The notes under the pieces: model-generated
What the model saw: the letters and a program-made list of their open reading frames with translations, nothing else
Databases searched by the model: none
Told to the model about the DNA's origin: nothing
In this document: positions 23,241 through 32,123 of the stretch, in pieces
Layout: each line of letters opens with the position of its first letter
Numbering within the stretch: the stretch's first letter is position 1
Position numbers and translations under genes: made by a program
Source: a virus
Reading direction: 5' to 3' (one strand)
IMG/VR virus record: IMGVR_UViG_3300045988_174111
Span: 1 to 64,000 of that record
Length of the DNA stretch: 64,000 nt

Positions 23241-24851
23241 TTATTTTTTAGTTTGTTCATCACTCGCAGACATAGCACATGAAGTGTTTAAGAATTGAAT
23301 TGCAACAGAAACTGAATTTTCGAGAGCAACCCTTGATACTTTTGCAGGGTCAATGATTCCGGCCTCCAACATATCTTCTACTACCCCACTTTCGAAATTA
23401 AAGCCAAAGCCAAATTGAAGTTTTTCAAGGTCGACTTCAAGCCTTGTTGCGTTGACACAGGCATTTTCGCAAAGCTGTCTGAACGGTGCCAATAGAGCCT
23501 CAACAACGATATTCCAGCCATTAATAAAATCATTGCTTTTACCCTCATTTTCTTTGCACTCTCGTAAAACTTTAGCTGCTCGGAATTGAATAGTTCCACC
23601 TCCTGGAACGTACCCTTCCTCAAGAGCTGCTCTCGTAGCTGCAACAGCATCATCAACACGGTCTTTTCGCTCCTTCATTTCTACTTCGCTGTCCGCTCCT
23701 ACATATATAACTGCAGCACCACCAGTCAGCTTCGAAATTCTTTCGCGATATTTTTCAACATCATACGGATTCGAATTCTCCTCAATTAAATGTTTAATTG
23801 ACTCAACCCTCACATTTATATCCGCATCGGTTCCAACGCCACCTACGAGAATCGTACGATTTGTTGAAACCACTGAACGTTCGCATTCGCCAAGCCAATC
23901 AGTTCCAAGATGTTCGACAGACCGCCCATATTCATCACCAACAACTTTTGCGCCTACTTTAACGGCCAAGTCTTCTATCATGTCTTTTTGAATCTGACCG
24001 TATCCCGGAGCCTTAACGAAACATGCTTTCAGGCCATTCTGCTGTTGAACGTTTGTAACTAAGAATTTGATAACGTCATTTGACGCATTAGGAGCCACAA
24101 TCAAAATGCTCCGTTTCGCCGAATAAACTGTTTGAATAATCGGGAAAATTTCTTGGGGGTAATTGATATTTTGGCCAAAAATAAGAATGTATGGCTTATC
24201 AAGAACAGATTCCATTCGTTCGGGGTCTGTTACAAAGTAGGGATTCACAAGCCCCTTTTCCCACTGAAACCCTGTGGTAACTTCTACGGTCGTTTCGTTT
24301 CCCTTGCTACTTTCTTCAACAGTAATGACACCGTCATTTCCAACCTTCCCAATAGCTTCCGAGATAATACAACCAATCTCGTCGTCCCCGTTTGCGCTTA
24401 TTGTGGCAATTTGGCGTATTCTTTCAAATTCGTTCTTATCAATTTCCGTTGAAACAGAACGAATAAAGTCGGCAGCATAATCTTTTGCGGCCTCAATACC
24501 TTCCTTAAAGAGCTGTGGATTCTTAACATTTGGAAGAACCCCCATTCCTTCCTTAATTAGAGCACGAGTCAAAATCGTTGCAGTCGTTGTACCATCACCA
24601 GCCTCATCACAAGTTTTAGCAGCAACAGTTTTGACAAGGGTTGCCCCCATACGTTTCATCGAATTGTCTGTGTCATAAGCACGAGCAACAGTTACACCGT
24701 CTTTCGTGATATGAGGTATCCCAAATCCACGGTCAATAATAACTGAATGACCCTTTGGCCCAAGCGTAGAAGCCACTGCGTCTGTCAATTCATCAATGCC
24801 TTGGAATAAAGCCATCTGAGCTTTTTCCTTGAAAAAAATTTGTACGTTCAT
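23241..24851 (-). CDS. groEL: GroEL-like (Cpn60) chaperonin
   Basis: LGPKGHSVIIDRGFG, AGDGTTTATILTRALIKEG, PGGGT. Start taken at MNVQIFFKEKAQ (ATG 24849-24851), because the track extension overlaps the terminator hairpin. Confidence 0.9.
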   Translation of the reverse strand: MNVQIFFKEKAQMALFQGIDELTDAVASTLGPKGHSVIIDRGFGIPHITKDGVTVARAYDTDNSMKRMGATLVKTVAAKTCDEAGDGTTTATILTRALIKEGMGVLPNVKNPQLFKEGIEAAKDYAADFIRSVSTEIDKNEFERIRQIATISANGDDEIGCIISEAIGKVGNDGVITVEESSKGNETTVEVTTGFQWEKGLVNPYFVTDPERMESVLDKPYILIFGQNINYPQEIFPIIQTVYSAKRSILIVAPNASNDVIKFLVTNVQQQNGLKACFVKAPGYGQIQKDMIEDLAVKVGAKVVGDEYGRSVEHLGTDWLGECERSVVSTNRTILVGGVGTDADINVRVESIKHLIEENSNPYDVEKYRERISKLTGGAAVIYVGADSEVEMKERKDRVDDAVAATRAALEEGYVPGGGTIQFRAAKVLRECKENEGKSNDFINGWNIVVEALLAPFRQLCENACVNATRLEVDLEKLQFGFGFNFESGVVEDMLEAGIIDPAKVSRVALENSVSVAIQFLNTSCAMSASDEQTKK

Positions 24852-24885
24852 CTTGTTTTCGTTTTTTAAATTGTTTTTATTAAAA

Positions 24886-24920
24886 CGCCCGAAAACCATA
24901 TCTGTTCTAATTTTCGGGCG
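24886..24920 (-). terminator. Hairpin terminator after the RNR gene
   Basis: CGCCCGAAAA (24886-24895) pairs with TTTTCGGGCG (24911-24920). A T-run follows on the minus strand. Confidence 0.6.
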
Positions 24921-24931
24921 AATTTTTATAA

Positions 24932-27900
24932 TTAATTTCCATTCGGATTTTTAGGAGACCACGTGCAACTTCCTCCTGCACAGGCCGTAGCAATTTCACT
25001 TCCAGCCTCCTTCAGTTTAGGCTCTTCCCATACGATATTGTCGTAGGATACGGGTTTCATTCGGCATATTGCCTGCCACTTGTGGAACGCATTCACATGC
25101 TTCAGACAGTATGAAGTCTTTTGCTTGTCCCCGTTCATATATTTATCCGCAAATGAATTGAATCGACGTATCCAGTCTTTTCTTGTCTCGGCACGTCTTT
25201 TCAGAAAATCAATTACACAATTGACATCGGAGAAGCAAACCCCGTCAATATCTACCAAGAAATGCCCGTCTTTAATGTTTTCAACAACGAATTCGGCTAT
25301 CTGCTTGTCAGATATATCTAAGAGCTGTGGAGCTAAACCCATAGCCGCGTTGCAAGCTTCCCACACATCTTTAAATACATCGTTTGCATCCACTATCAAA
25401 CCGCTCGAAAGAATAGCTCCAGCACCATACCGTTGAGCAAGCTCAGTTTCATCCAAAACCTCTGTGTATGGAGCCTGTGGATAATCTAAGTCGCCAAAAG
25501 AAGACAGCAAGCTGATTCCCCCAAACTGGCTTCGATGATTCCAAAGGAACTCTCTTACATCGTCCCATTCATCTGGCTTTACCGTGCAAGTATTTGACAC
25601 ATTCATTCTCAGAGTAGGGTTTTCCTTTGTAGAGGGGTGGTCAGGATTTGTTCCATATTCTATCCAGTTCTGTTTTGTCAACAAAACATAATTCAAGAAT
25701 TCAATTGCAGAAAGGTCTTTTCTTAATAAAGCCCCCTTCGGAAGTGTAACAGGGAAAGCAATTACTTTTTCTCGGTCTGGTGCCCATGCGCTTTTTTCTA
25801 CCATGTCAGGATTTACTTTTTCCCATTCCTGAATGGCCTGTTCAGTGTCAGCGGCTTGAATGTGGCGAATATAATGACGAGAGTGGCCTGGAGTTATCCC
25901 GGACAAAGTTCCTAAAAGTTGAGAACTGTTTCCTGAGGGCTTGACAACCGTACATCGAGCAGCCTCATTGATACCTATCATTCTGGCAACCTTCTTATTC
26001 GTTTCTACGACAATTTTTGCGCCACGTTTTTGAACATCGGGATTGAATAAGATATCAGGATTCTCGCAAAGCCCCGTGATTCCAACCCCTATCAAAGCGT
26101 CTCTTTCGGCTATCATCTTAGACCACTTTTCAAGAACTTTAAAATCTGTGTAGCCAGCCTGCAAGGTACAGATAACAGAAGCAGCTTCGCACACATCGTA
26201 GAAGTCTTGCTCGCTCTGAACTTTTCCCCCGTTGATTTCCGCTAAATTACAGAATCCCCATCCTGAATGCGTAACTCCATCTTCGTCTTTAATTTGAGGG
26301 AACATTCCCACCTCGCCACAATTATGAACTAAAACTCCAGTACAATTTTCATAATTTTCATCACCTTTTGTAATGATATAAAAATTATGATTATCTTCCA
26401 CAGTTAAATCATAAACAGGCTCTACACCACAAGCGACAACAGATTCAACCCTAACAGAAATTTCTATTGATTCCTTCTCAGGCTTGATATATTCCCTTTC
26501 GTCAACTTCTTCAATATAAGGTTGTCCAGAAAGAACTAAATTTCTTAAGTTTTCAATCTTTCCACCAAACCTATTCTTGGACAAATTTTTAGGAAAACGA
26601 CTGTCTAATTTATTGCAATTTGCACAAGAAATATATCCACCGTTCTCATGAACTTTCTTGGCAATTTCATATAACTCTTTATTTGTTAACCCCTTGTATC
26701 TTCCGTTCTTTTCAAGAGTTGTAGAAATTGACATATTATGAGAATATGCTTTCACATCTTTTCTTCTAAACATCGGGTTATTTTCACCTAATCTTTCAGA
26801 AGCTGATTTTTCTTGATGTTCCCCCCTTTCAAGCAAATGTAAGTTTTCAATAAAATCTCCTTTGCCATTTTCAATGTGGTCAATATCAAAAGGAACATCC
26901 CCATTAAAATATTCCCAAATCATTCGGTATTGACGCGCATACCCATTACTTCGAGAACAAATTGTCCGATATTTTTCTTTTATCGTAAAGAAAGGTTGAA
27001 GTTCTTTCCCAACACACTTACATGCTTCCAAATAAGTTCCATCTTTCAAAGCAAGTTTATGATTTGGGGTGCACTTAAATTTCGTTCCGTCCGAAAGTGT
27101 TACTTCAACAACTTCCTTATCACCTGTTTTAAATGCTATTGCCTTTTTAATTTCAGGTTTCCATCTTTTCGAATTGCGTCCAGCTTTGTCAACCCACTTT
27201 CCAGAATACACGGGAAATTCTTTTACATTTTCCGCCAATTCTTTTATAGAAACGGCATTCCTTCCATCAGCAACCGCCACAAGAGTTTCCCCCGTAAAAC
27301 AAGGATTATATACAAAGTCTGTCTTATCAATGAACACGAATCCAGGCTCCCCATACAATTTCGTGAATTCAAATATTGAATCAAATGTTTCCTTTGGGGT
27401 ATCCGGAAGAATAGCAGCGGAATTATTACTTCGGCAAAGTTCTGGCATCGTTGAAATCCAATTTCCTGTTTTACAGGAAGCCATTTCAGCATCATCAGCA
27501 TCAAAAATACTTATCATTGCTGAACGTCGAACTCCCCCTGTCACAACGCTATTTGCACAGACACAAATCAGATAATGCAATTCAAATGGACGTAATTTAC
27601 GGCCTTTAATTTTTGTTAGAATACTGTGAAGCTTTTCTATCGCCAATTTCAAAGGTTCCGGTCCAGGAGCCTTGAATCCCCCACGAATATACGCGCCTTT
27701 GGGGCGAATTTCTGAATAGTCAAATTCAATGTCGGCACCACCATAATAATACGCTGTCATCAGCTTCCCAACGGCCTTTGCCCAGCCTTCAATCGTATCA
27801 GGAATCACAAATTTTTCTGGCTGTTGAACATTGCTGAAGCCTTTAGGAATCGGGAGTTTGTCGGTGTGAACCCTCTGAACACTGTACCCAGTACCAGCCC

Positions 27901-28252
27901 CACAAAGAAGGAGATACATAATTTCCTCGAATACCTGAACTCTATCTATGTAAGTTGATGAACAATTATAGAATCTCGCATGCTTTTCTAACATTAATTC
28001 ACCACCGTACTGAAGTGCGCGTTGGGCTCCCAAAATTCGCTTGTCCAGATAGAAATTATATGCTTTTGTAAACAATGCTGAAAATTCAGGCTCATCCTCA
28101 GGTTTTATTTGCCCAGCATACCTTTTGAAGTGCATATCCATAACTCTGGCAACGGCATCCTCCCACTTCTCTTTCTCCCCATTGTGAGTTTGTGAATACT
28201 TACTCAAAAAGATATATTCACCAACAACTTTTCGACTGTCTTTTTCAATCAT
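24932..28252 (-). CDS. nrdJ: Ribonucleotide reductase catalytic subunit, probably class II (NrdJ-like), intein-containing
   Basis: After intein removal the extein carries the thiyl-radical loop YNP-CGEVGMF (NPCGE). Also GGVRRSA and a C-terminal Cys pair ACAGGSC. No ATP-cone and no NrdB nearby. Confidence 0.8.
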   Translation of the reverse strand: MIEKDSRKVVGEYIFLSKYSQTHNGEKEKWEDAVARVMDMHFKRYAGQIKPEDEPEFSALFTKAYNFYLDKRILGAQRALQYGGELMLEKHARFYNCSSTYIDRVQVFEEIMYLLLCGAGTGYSVQRVHTDKLPIPKGFSNVQQPEKFVIPDTIEGWAKAVGKLMTAYYYGGADIEFDYSEIRPKGAYIRGGFKAPGPEPLKLAIEKLHSILTKIKGRKLRPFELHYLICVCANSVVTGGVRRSAMISIFDADDAEMASCKTGNWISTMPELCRSNNSAAILPDTPKETFDSIFEFTKLYGEPGFVFIDKTDFVYNPCFTGETLVAVADGRNAVSIKELAENVKEFPVYSGKWVDKAGRNSKRWKPEIKKAIAFKTGDKEVVEVTLSDGTKFKCTPNHKLALKDGTYLEACKCVGKELQPFFTIKEKYRTICSRSNGYARQYRMIWEYFNGDVPFDIDHIENGKGDFIENLHLLERGEHQEKSASERLGENNPMFRRKDVKAYSHNMSISTTLEKNGRYKGLTNKELYEIAKKVHENGGYISCANCNKLDSRFPKNLSKNRFGGKIENLRNLVLSGQPYIEEVDEREYIKPEKESIEISVRVESVVACGVEPVYDLTVEDNHNFYIITKGDENYENCTGVLVHNCGEVGMFPQIKDEDGVTHSGWGFCNLAEINGGKVQSEQDFYDVCEAASVICTLQAGYTDFKVLEKWSKMIAERDALIGVGITGLCENPDILFNPDVQKRGAKIVVETNKKVARMIGINEAARCTVVKPSGNSSQLLGTLSGITPGHSRHYIRHIQAADTEQAIQEWEKVNPDMVEKSAWAPDREKVIAFPVTLPKGALLRKDLSAIEFLNYVLLTKQNWIEYGTNPDHPSTKENPTLRMNVSNTCTVKPDEWDDVREFLWNHRSQFGGISLLSSFGDLDYPQAPYTEVLDETELAQRYGAGAILSSGLIVDANDVFKDVWEACNAAMGLAPQLLDISDKQIAEFVVENIKDGHFLVDIDGVCFSDVNCVIDFLKRRAETRKDWIRRFNSFADKYMNGDKQKTSYCLKHVNAFHKWQAICRMKPVSYDNIVWEEPKLKEAGSEIATACAGGSCTWSPKNPNGN
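26321..27301 (-). mobile_element. Intein (327 aa) with HNH endonuclease domain, in the RNR NPCGE active-site loop
   Basis: Begins CFTGETLVAVADG, has block B TPNH, ends VLVHN followed by +1 Cys. HNH motif DIDHIENGKGDFIENLHLLERGEH. Confidence 0.9.
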
Positions 28253-28275
28253 TTCAATAATTTTTAAACGTTATC

Positions 28276-28662
28276 TTAATCTTCTTTCTTTTGCACAGAA
28301 ATTATACAACACGGCATAGAACCTGTCAATGATAATGCCAATGTCGCCGGATTCCCCAGTGCTGAATCTTTTGTACGACACTCTTTCACAATTTCCTCAA
28401 ACACGTTCTTTTCTACTTCCAAATATAAAGGCTGGGGTCTATACACTCCGCCTTCGGGATTCTTTTCAGAAATTTGAATTCGAACTTTTTCGGCCTGGAA
28501 ATGCGTTTCAAGAATTTCCTTTGTAGGAAGAATTCCTTCAAAAGCTTTAATCTTCTTACATGATAGCAGACAAATTTTTGTAATTTGTTTGCCCCTTTCG
28601 TAAACCTGATGAGGAACCATCAAGTACAAATTGATTGGAGTTTGTTTCTTTAAATTTTCCAT
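28276..28662 (-). CDS. Hypothetical protein
   Basis: Start taken at MENLKKQ (ATG 28660-28662). The track extension overlaps the helicase gene. Confidence 0.55.
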   Translation of the reverse strand: MENLKKQTPINLYLMVPHQVYERGKQITKICLLSCKKIKAFEGILPTKEILETHFQAEKVRIQISEKNPEGGVYRPQPLYLEVEKNVFEEIVKECRTKDSALGNPATLALSLTGSMPCCIISVQKKED

Positions 28663-28673
28663 AATTTGTGAAA

Positions 28674-31178
28674 TTAACAATATATTAAACTTTTTCTTGC
28701 CCGAGTAATTGCAACAAATTGTAAACATTTTTCAGCATACATTGCCAAATCAGTTTTTGCAAATTTACTCGGAAGAAGTTCAGGTTTCAAAAAGAATATT
28801 CGGTCAGCTTCCAACCCTTTACTCTTATGGATAGTCGACAGAGTGATACCCCTGTCAGCATTCTCTACAAATATATCGTAAATCCGCGAGCGAACGGTTT
28901 CCAAATCGCCAAAATATTCATAAAGGCTTAATAATACATTCACTTTTTCATCAAGTTTATCGTACGCCTCACACTTTAGTGGATTCTTAACCCCTTTGTT
29001 TGCAAGCTTAGTTTGCATGTTAACAAGAACTTGCTCAAGCCCCCATACATCATCGACACTGTCTATAAGAGATACCAATTCATCTCCGAATTCCTTCCCT
29101 AAAATTGTACATTTCTTTCCTTGGCGAATTAATCGAATGAAAGCTTCTACTAGAGGGGCATTGTTTCGACACAGGATAAAATCTCCTTCCTTTGCATCCC
29201 TATAATCTCCTATTTCGACTGAACCTTTAATTGCGTCAGGCGCAGCAACTATACCATCAGGAAAAACTTTACAGGCCTCTTCGACAATATCCTTCGCACA
29301 TCGATACGTCATCGACAAAGGAAGAGTAACCGTGTTTGGTGCGTTCTTAATCGCATTAAGAGTATCAAGGTTTGACCCCTGAAAACCATAAATCGCCTGT
29401 TTTTCGTCTCCAACTCCCACAAGTCGTCCTCTTGGAGTCTTCAGCATTTTTATTAATTGATATTGCAATGGAGATAAATCTTGAATTTCATCAACCATTA
29501 CGACATTATACTGTTTGAAATCCTCTTTATGAACGTATTGAGTCGAATAATATAGCATATCGGTGAAGTCCATAGGAAGTTTCCCTCCCCCACCTTTTAG
29601 GAAGTAATTATCGGCAATCCTTTTGTTAAGCATACGGAGCTCTATTGCTCTCTCAGCGAGCTCTTCGTCAGCGTCCTCACCGTACCTCTCCGCCAATGAC
29701 ATTATCGCCTCTATATCGTCTGGTACGAGGTTAAATCTCATGAGGTCGTAGAGCCTACATACTTTCATTATCATTCCCGGAATACGCTTAGGATGAACGC
29801 CCTTGAATTTCATTTTTTCCTTTGCCAAATTAAAGTTTTTTGAATCCGACAAAGAAAAATTCAGATTAAATGCTTTGCGCAGACTTGACAAAGCACAGGA
29901 ATGAAGCGTCGAAGCCTTTACAGTTTTAGGAAGACGCTGTCCTAGTTCTTCAGCAATTGACTTATTGAAAGCCAAAAAGATTGAGCTTTTTATAGGAGGA
30001 GTAATTTCTGCAAGTTTACACAAAGTAAACGTTTTCCCAGAATTATGAGTAATAGTAAAATCCCCTAATAGATATCTATTATCTCCATCAACAGTAAAAC
30101 CAAACCACGCCCCCTTTCCAATAGATTTTAAAGAAAATCCAGTGTGAAGCACATCTTTTATCTGTTTTCTCTTACTTGCCTTTTTTCGTGAAAGAACGTT
30201 AGGAATAATCTCTGTATGGCCCGAAATCCCTATTCTAAGATAATATGCTTCAAAATTTCTTGATTTAATTGTTGAACGTTTCCATTTATAAGACGGATAT
30301 AACCCTAATGAACGAACTAAGTAAATAATTCCCTTTCCTAAGGATTCCCACTTTGTTGAAATCGAAAAACAACAACCATCACTCTTCTTATATCCATCAC
30401 TGTCAAGAAGCCCAGCAAGAAGTCTTAGCCTGTTTTCTTTTGAATTAATCAAATAATTCTGAGGAATAAAAACATTTCCAGATTTATCAACACATTTTTT
30501 AAATTCTTCTCTAAAAATGTTTTTAGAACCACTCCCTACGAATCTTACTTGAACGCAATTTTCACTATCATCTTTTATTTTACATTCAATTCCTTCCGGA
30601 AGAGGATAAGATAAAAGATAATCAATAATATCTGAATCTTGCTTACATATACTAAAATGTGGGCTTCCTTTATGCTTTGTCCCTTCCGCAAGCCATAGTC
30701 CTAACAAATAGGGGTCAACTGGAAGTTCCTTTTCCTCAAATTCAACACCTGTTCTAACGAGTTTTAAATGCCCAATTTTCCCATTACTTTTTTGAAATTT
30801 TAAAATTTCTTTAATATGCTTGTCGACTATATCAGAAGTCTTTGCCGAATTATACAACCTCATTGAACGAGTAATATATTGGTCGTGAACAGTAAAAATA
30901 TGTTCATCATTACATACCCATTTTTCACCCTTTTTCGGAGAAACTTCATACAAATTAGAAATTCCGCTATCAATTTTCAAAACATTTCTTGGGCAAGAAT
31001 CTGGACCCATCAATACATCCCCAACACGAATTTCTTGGGACAATTTTGTTGAGCCATCAAACATTAAAACTTCAACATCTTTTCCAAGACATCCCGCAGT
31101 CGCACTCACGAAAATGTTTCTGTTTGTTTTCTGATATTCTTCAATTATTGCCTGTTTGTATTCGTCTAATTTTGCCAT
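28674..31178 (-). CDS. uvrD: UvrD/PcrA/Rep-family SF1 DNA helicase, intein-containing
   Basis: The extein restores Walker A VSATAG-SGKTFTL. Also VMVDEIQD, GDEKQAIYGFQGS and TIHKSKGLE motifs. Confidence 0.85.
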   Translation of the reverse strand: MAKLDEYKQAIIEEYQKTNRNIFVSATAGCLGKDVEVLMFDGSTKLSQEIRVGDVLMGPDSCPRNVLKIDSGISNLYEVSPKKGEKWVCNDEHIFTVHDQYITRSMRLYNSAKTSDIVDKHIKEILKFQKSNGKIGHLKLVRTGVEFEEKELPVDPYLLGLWLAEGTKHKGSPHFSICKQDSDIIDYLLSYPLPEGIECKIKDDSENCVQVRFVGSGSKNIFREEFKKCVDKSGNVFIPQNYLINSKENRLRLLAGLLDSDGYKKSDGCCFSISTKWESLGKGIIYLVRSLGLYPSYKWKRSTIKSRNFEAYYLRIGISGHTEIIPNVLSRKKASKRKQIKDVLHTGFSLKSIGKGAWFGFTVDGDNRYLLGDFTITHNSGKTFTLCKLAEITPPIKSSIFLAFNKSIAEELGQRLPKTVKASTLHSCALSSLRKAFNLNFSLSDSKNFNLAKEKMKFKGVHPKRIPGMIMKVCRLYDLMRFNLVPDDIEAIMSLAERYGEDADEELAERAIELRMLNKRIADNYFLKGGGGKLPMDFTDMLYYSTQYVHKEDFKQYNVVMVDEIQDLSPLQYQLIKMLKTPRGRLVGVGDEKQAIYGFQGSNLDTLNAIKNAPNTVTLPLSMTYRCAKDIVEEACKVFPDGIVAAPDAIKGSVEIGDYRDAKEGDFILCRNNAPLVEAFIRLIRQGKKCTILGKEFGDELVSLIDSVDDVWGLEQVLVNMQTKLANKGVKNPLKCEAYDKLDEKVNVLLSLYEYFGDLETVRSRIYDIFVENADRGITLSTIHKSKGLEADRIFFLKPELLPSKFAKTDLAMYAEKCLQFVAITRARKSLIYC
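30042..31091 (-). mobile_element. Intein (350 aa) with LAGLIDADG endonuclease, in the helicase Walker A motif
   Basis: Begins CLGKDVEVLMFDG and ends FTITHN followed by +1 Ser. LAGLIDADG blocks LLGLWLAEGT and LLAGLLDSDGY. Confidence 0.9.
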
Positions 31179-31181
31179 ATA

Positions 31182-31892
31182 TCAAATTTTTTCAATTTCA
31201 AAATCAACACTGAGCTGTCCGTTACGATACGCATCTAATAGAGCCGTTTGACTTAGAACATCAAGCAATTCTTTTTCATTTGCATAAAGACATTCTCCTA
31301 AAATCAAAATATCTCCCATTTCGTTCATTTCTTCATATTTATCTGTCTTCTCGATGAAAACAGCATCTGAACTTTCGTGATAAAACCAGCTAAACCCCTT
31401 CAGAGGGCTGTCCTGCTCAAAATTGTCCTGAGTCTTATAATTTGCCAGCTCATCCGCGCAAGCGTTTCCGAACTTAACAAAATTTTCCAAATCCTTTTCG
31501 TGGCCTCGTGTCCAGGATATCCCAAACAACATTTTTCGACGAATTTCAATCTCCCTGACAATTTCCTTCCATAATTCTGAATTTTTAACGCCTAAAAACC
31601 CATTCATTCTCCACTTAGACAGGAAACCGTCCTTAAAAGCATTGACTACAAATTGACTGTCCGAAATGATATGAACCTTTGTCCACACATTGGGGTCAAT
31701 CATTTGTATTGCAGCAAGAACAGCCTTCATTTCCATTCTTGCGACAGTAGTGTTCCAAAACCCCCGTCTTAGATGAACCTCCTTTTCACCTGTCACACAA
31801 TACACGCCAAATCCTCCACGCTTTAATGCGTCCTTGACGTTACAGCTTCCATCGGTGAATATTGTTATATCAATTCGTTTTTCTAAATTCAT
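31182..31892 (-). CDS. rnhA: RNase HI with C-terminal extension
   Basis: IFTDGSC, ARMEMKA, ISDSQFV, WTRGH, NACADELA (the DEDD catalytic set). Confidence 0.85.
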   Translation of the reverse strand: MNLEKRIDITIFTDGSCNVKDALKRGGFGVYCVTGEKEVHLRRGFWNTTVARMEMKAVLAAIQMIDPNVWTKVHIISDSQFVVNAFKDGFLSKWRMNGFLGVKNSELWKEIVREIEIRRKMLFGISWTRGHEKDLENFVKFGNACADELANYKTQDNFEQDSPLKGFSWFYHESSDAVFIEKTDKYEEMNEMGDILILGECLYANEKELLDVLSQTALLDAYRNGQLSVDFEIEKI

Positions 31893-31894
31893 AC

Positions 31895-32068
31895 TCAGTC
31901 AATTTTTCTTATTTTAAGACTATGAACAGTCAGCCAGCCTTGACTCACAAGAATATCCATAACTTCCTCTTCGGTAGCAGCAGTTACGACTGACACCACC
32001 TTTTTCACTTGCCCTTTACGTTCCTTAGTTCCAAAGAATTTTACTTTAAATTGAATTTTTTCTTCCAT
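31895..32068 (-). CDS. Small hypothetical protein (57 aa), below the ORF-track cutoff
   Basis: MEEKIQFKVKFFGTKERKGQVKKVVSVVTAATEEEVMDILVSQGWLTVHSLKIRKID. The stop lies 2 nt before the RNase H ATG. Confidence 0.45.
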   Translation of the reverse strand: MEEKIQFKVKFFGTKERKGQVKKVVSVVTAATEEEVMDILVSQGWLTVHSLKIRKID

Positions 32069-32123
32069 GATATACTGATTTTATTAAGTCAATAACTTAA
32101 CGATTTTTCGATATTTTTCGAAG

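Noticed and set aside
24852-24899. N-terminal extensions given by the ORF track (GroEL 24852-24899; also 7304-7354, 9932-9985, 13106-13141, 14951-15127, 15183-15224, 28663-28728, 44354-44383, 61885-61956)
   Set aside because: Each extension overlaps a consensus -7 box, a terminator hairpin or the upstream gene. An internal Met gives the usual tight spacing. For GroEL and SbcD the internal Met also gives the family-typical N-terminus.
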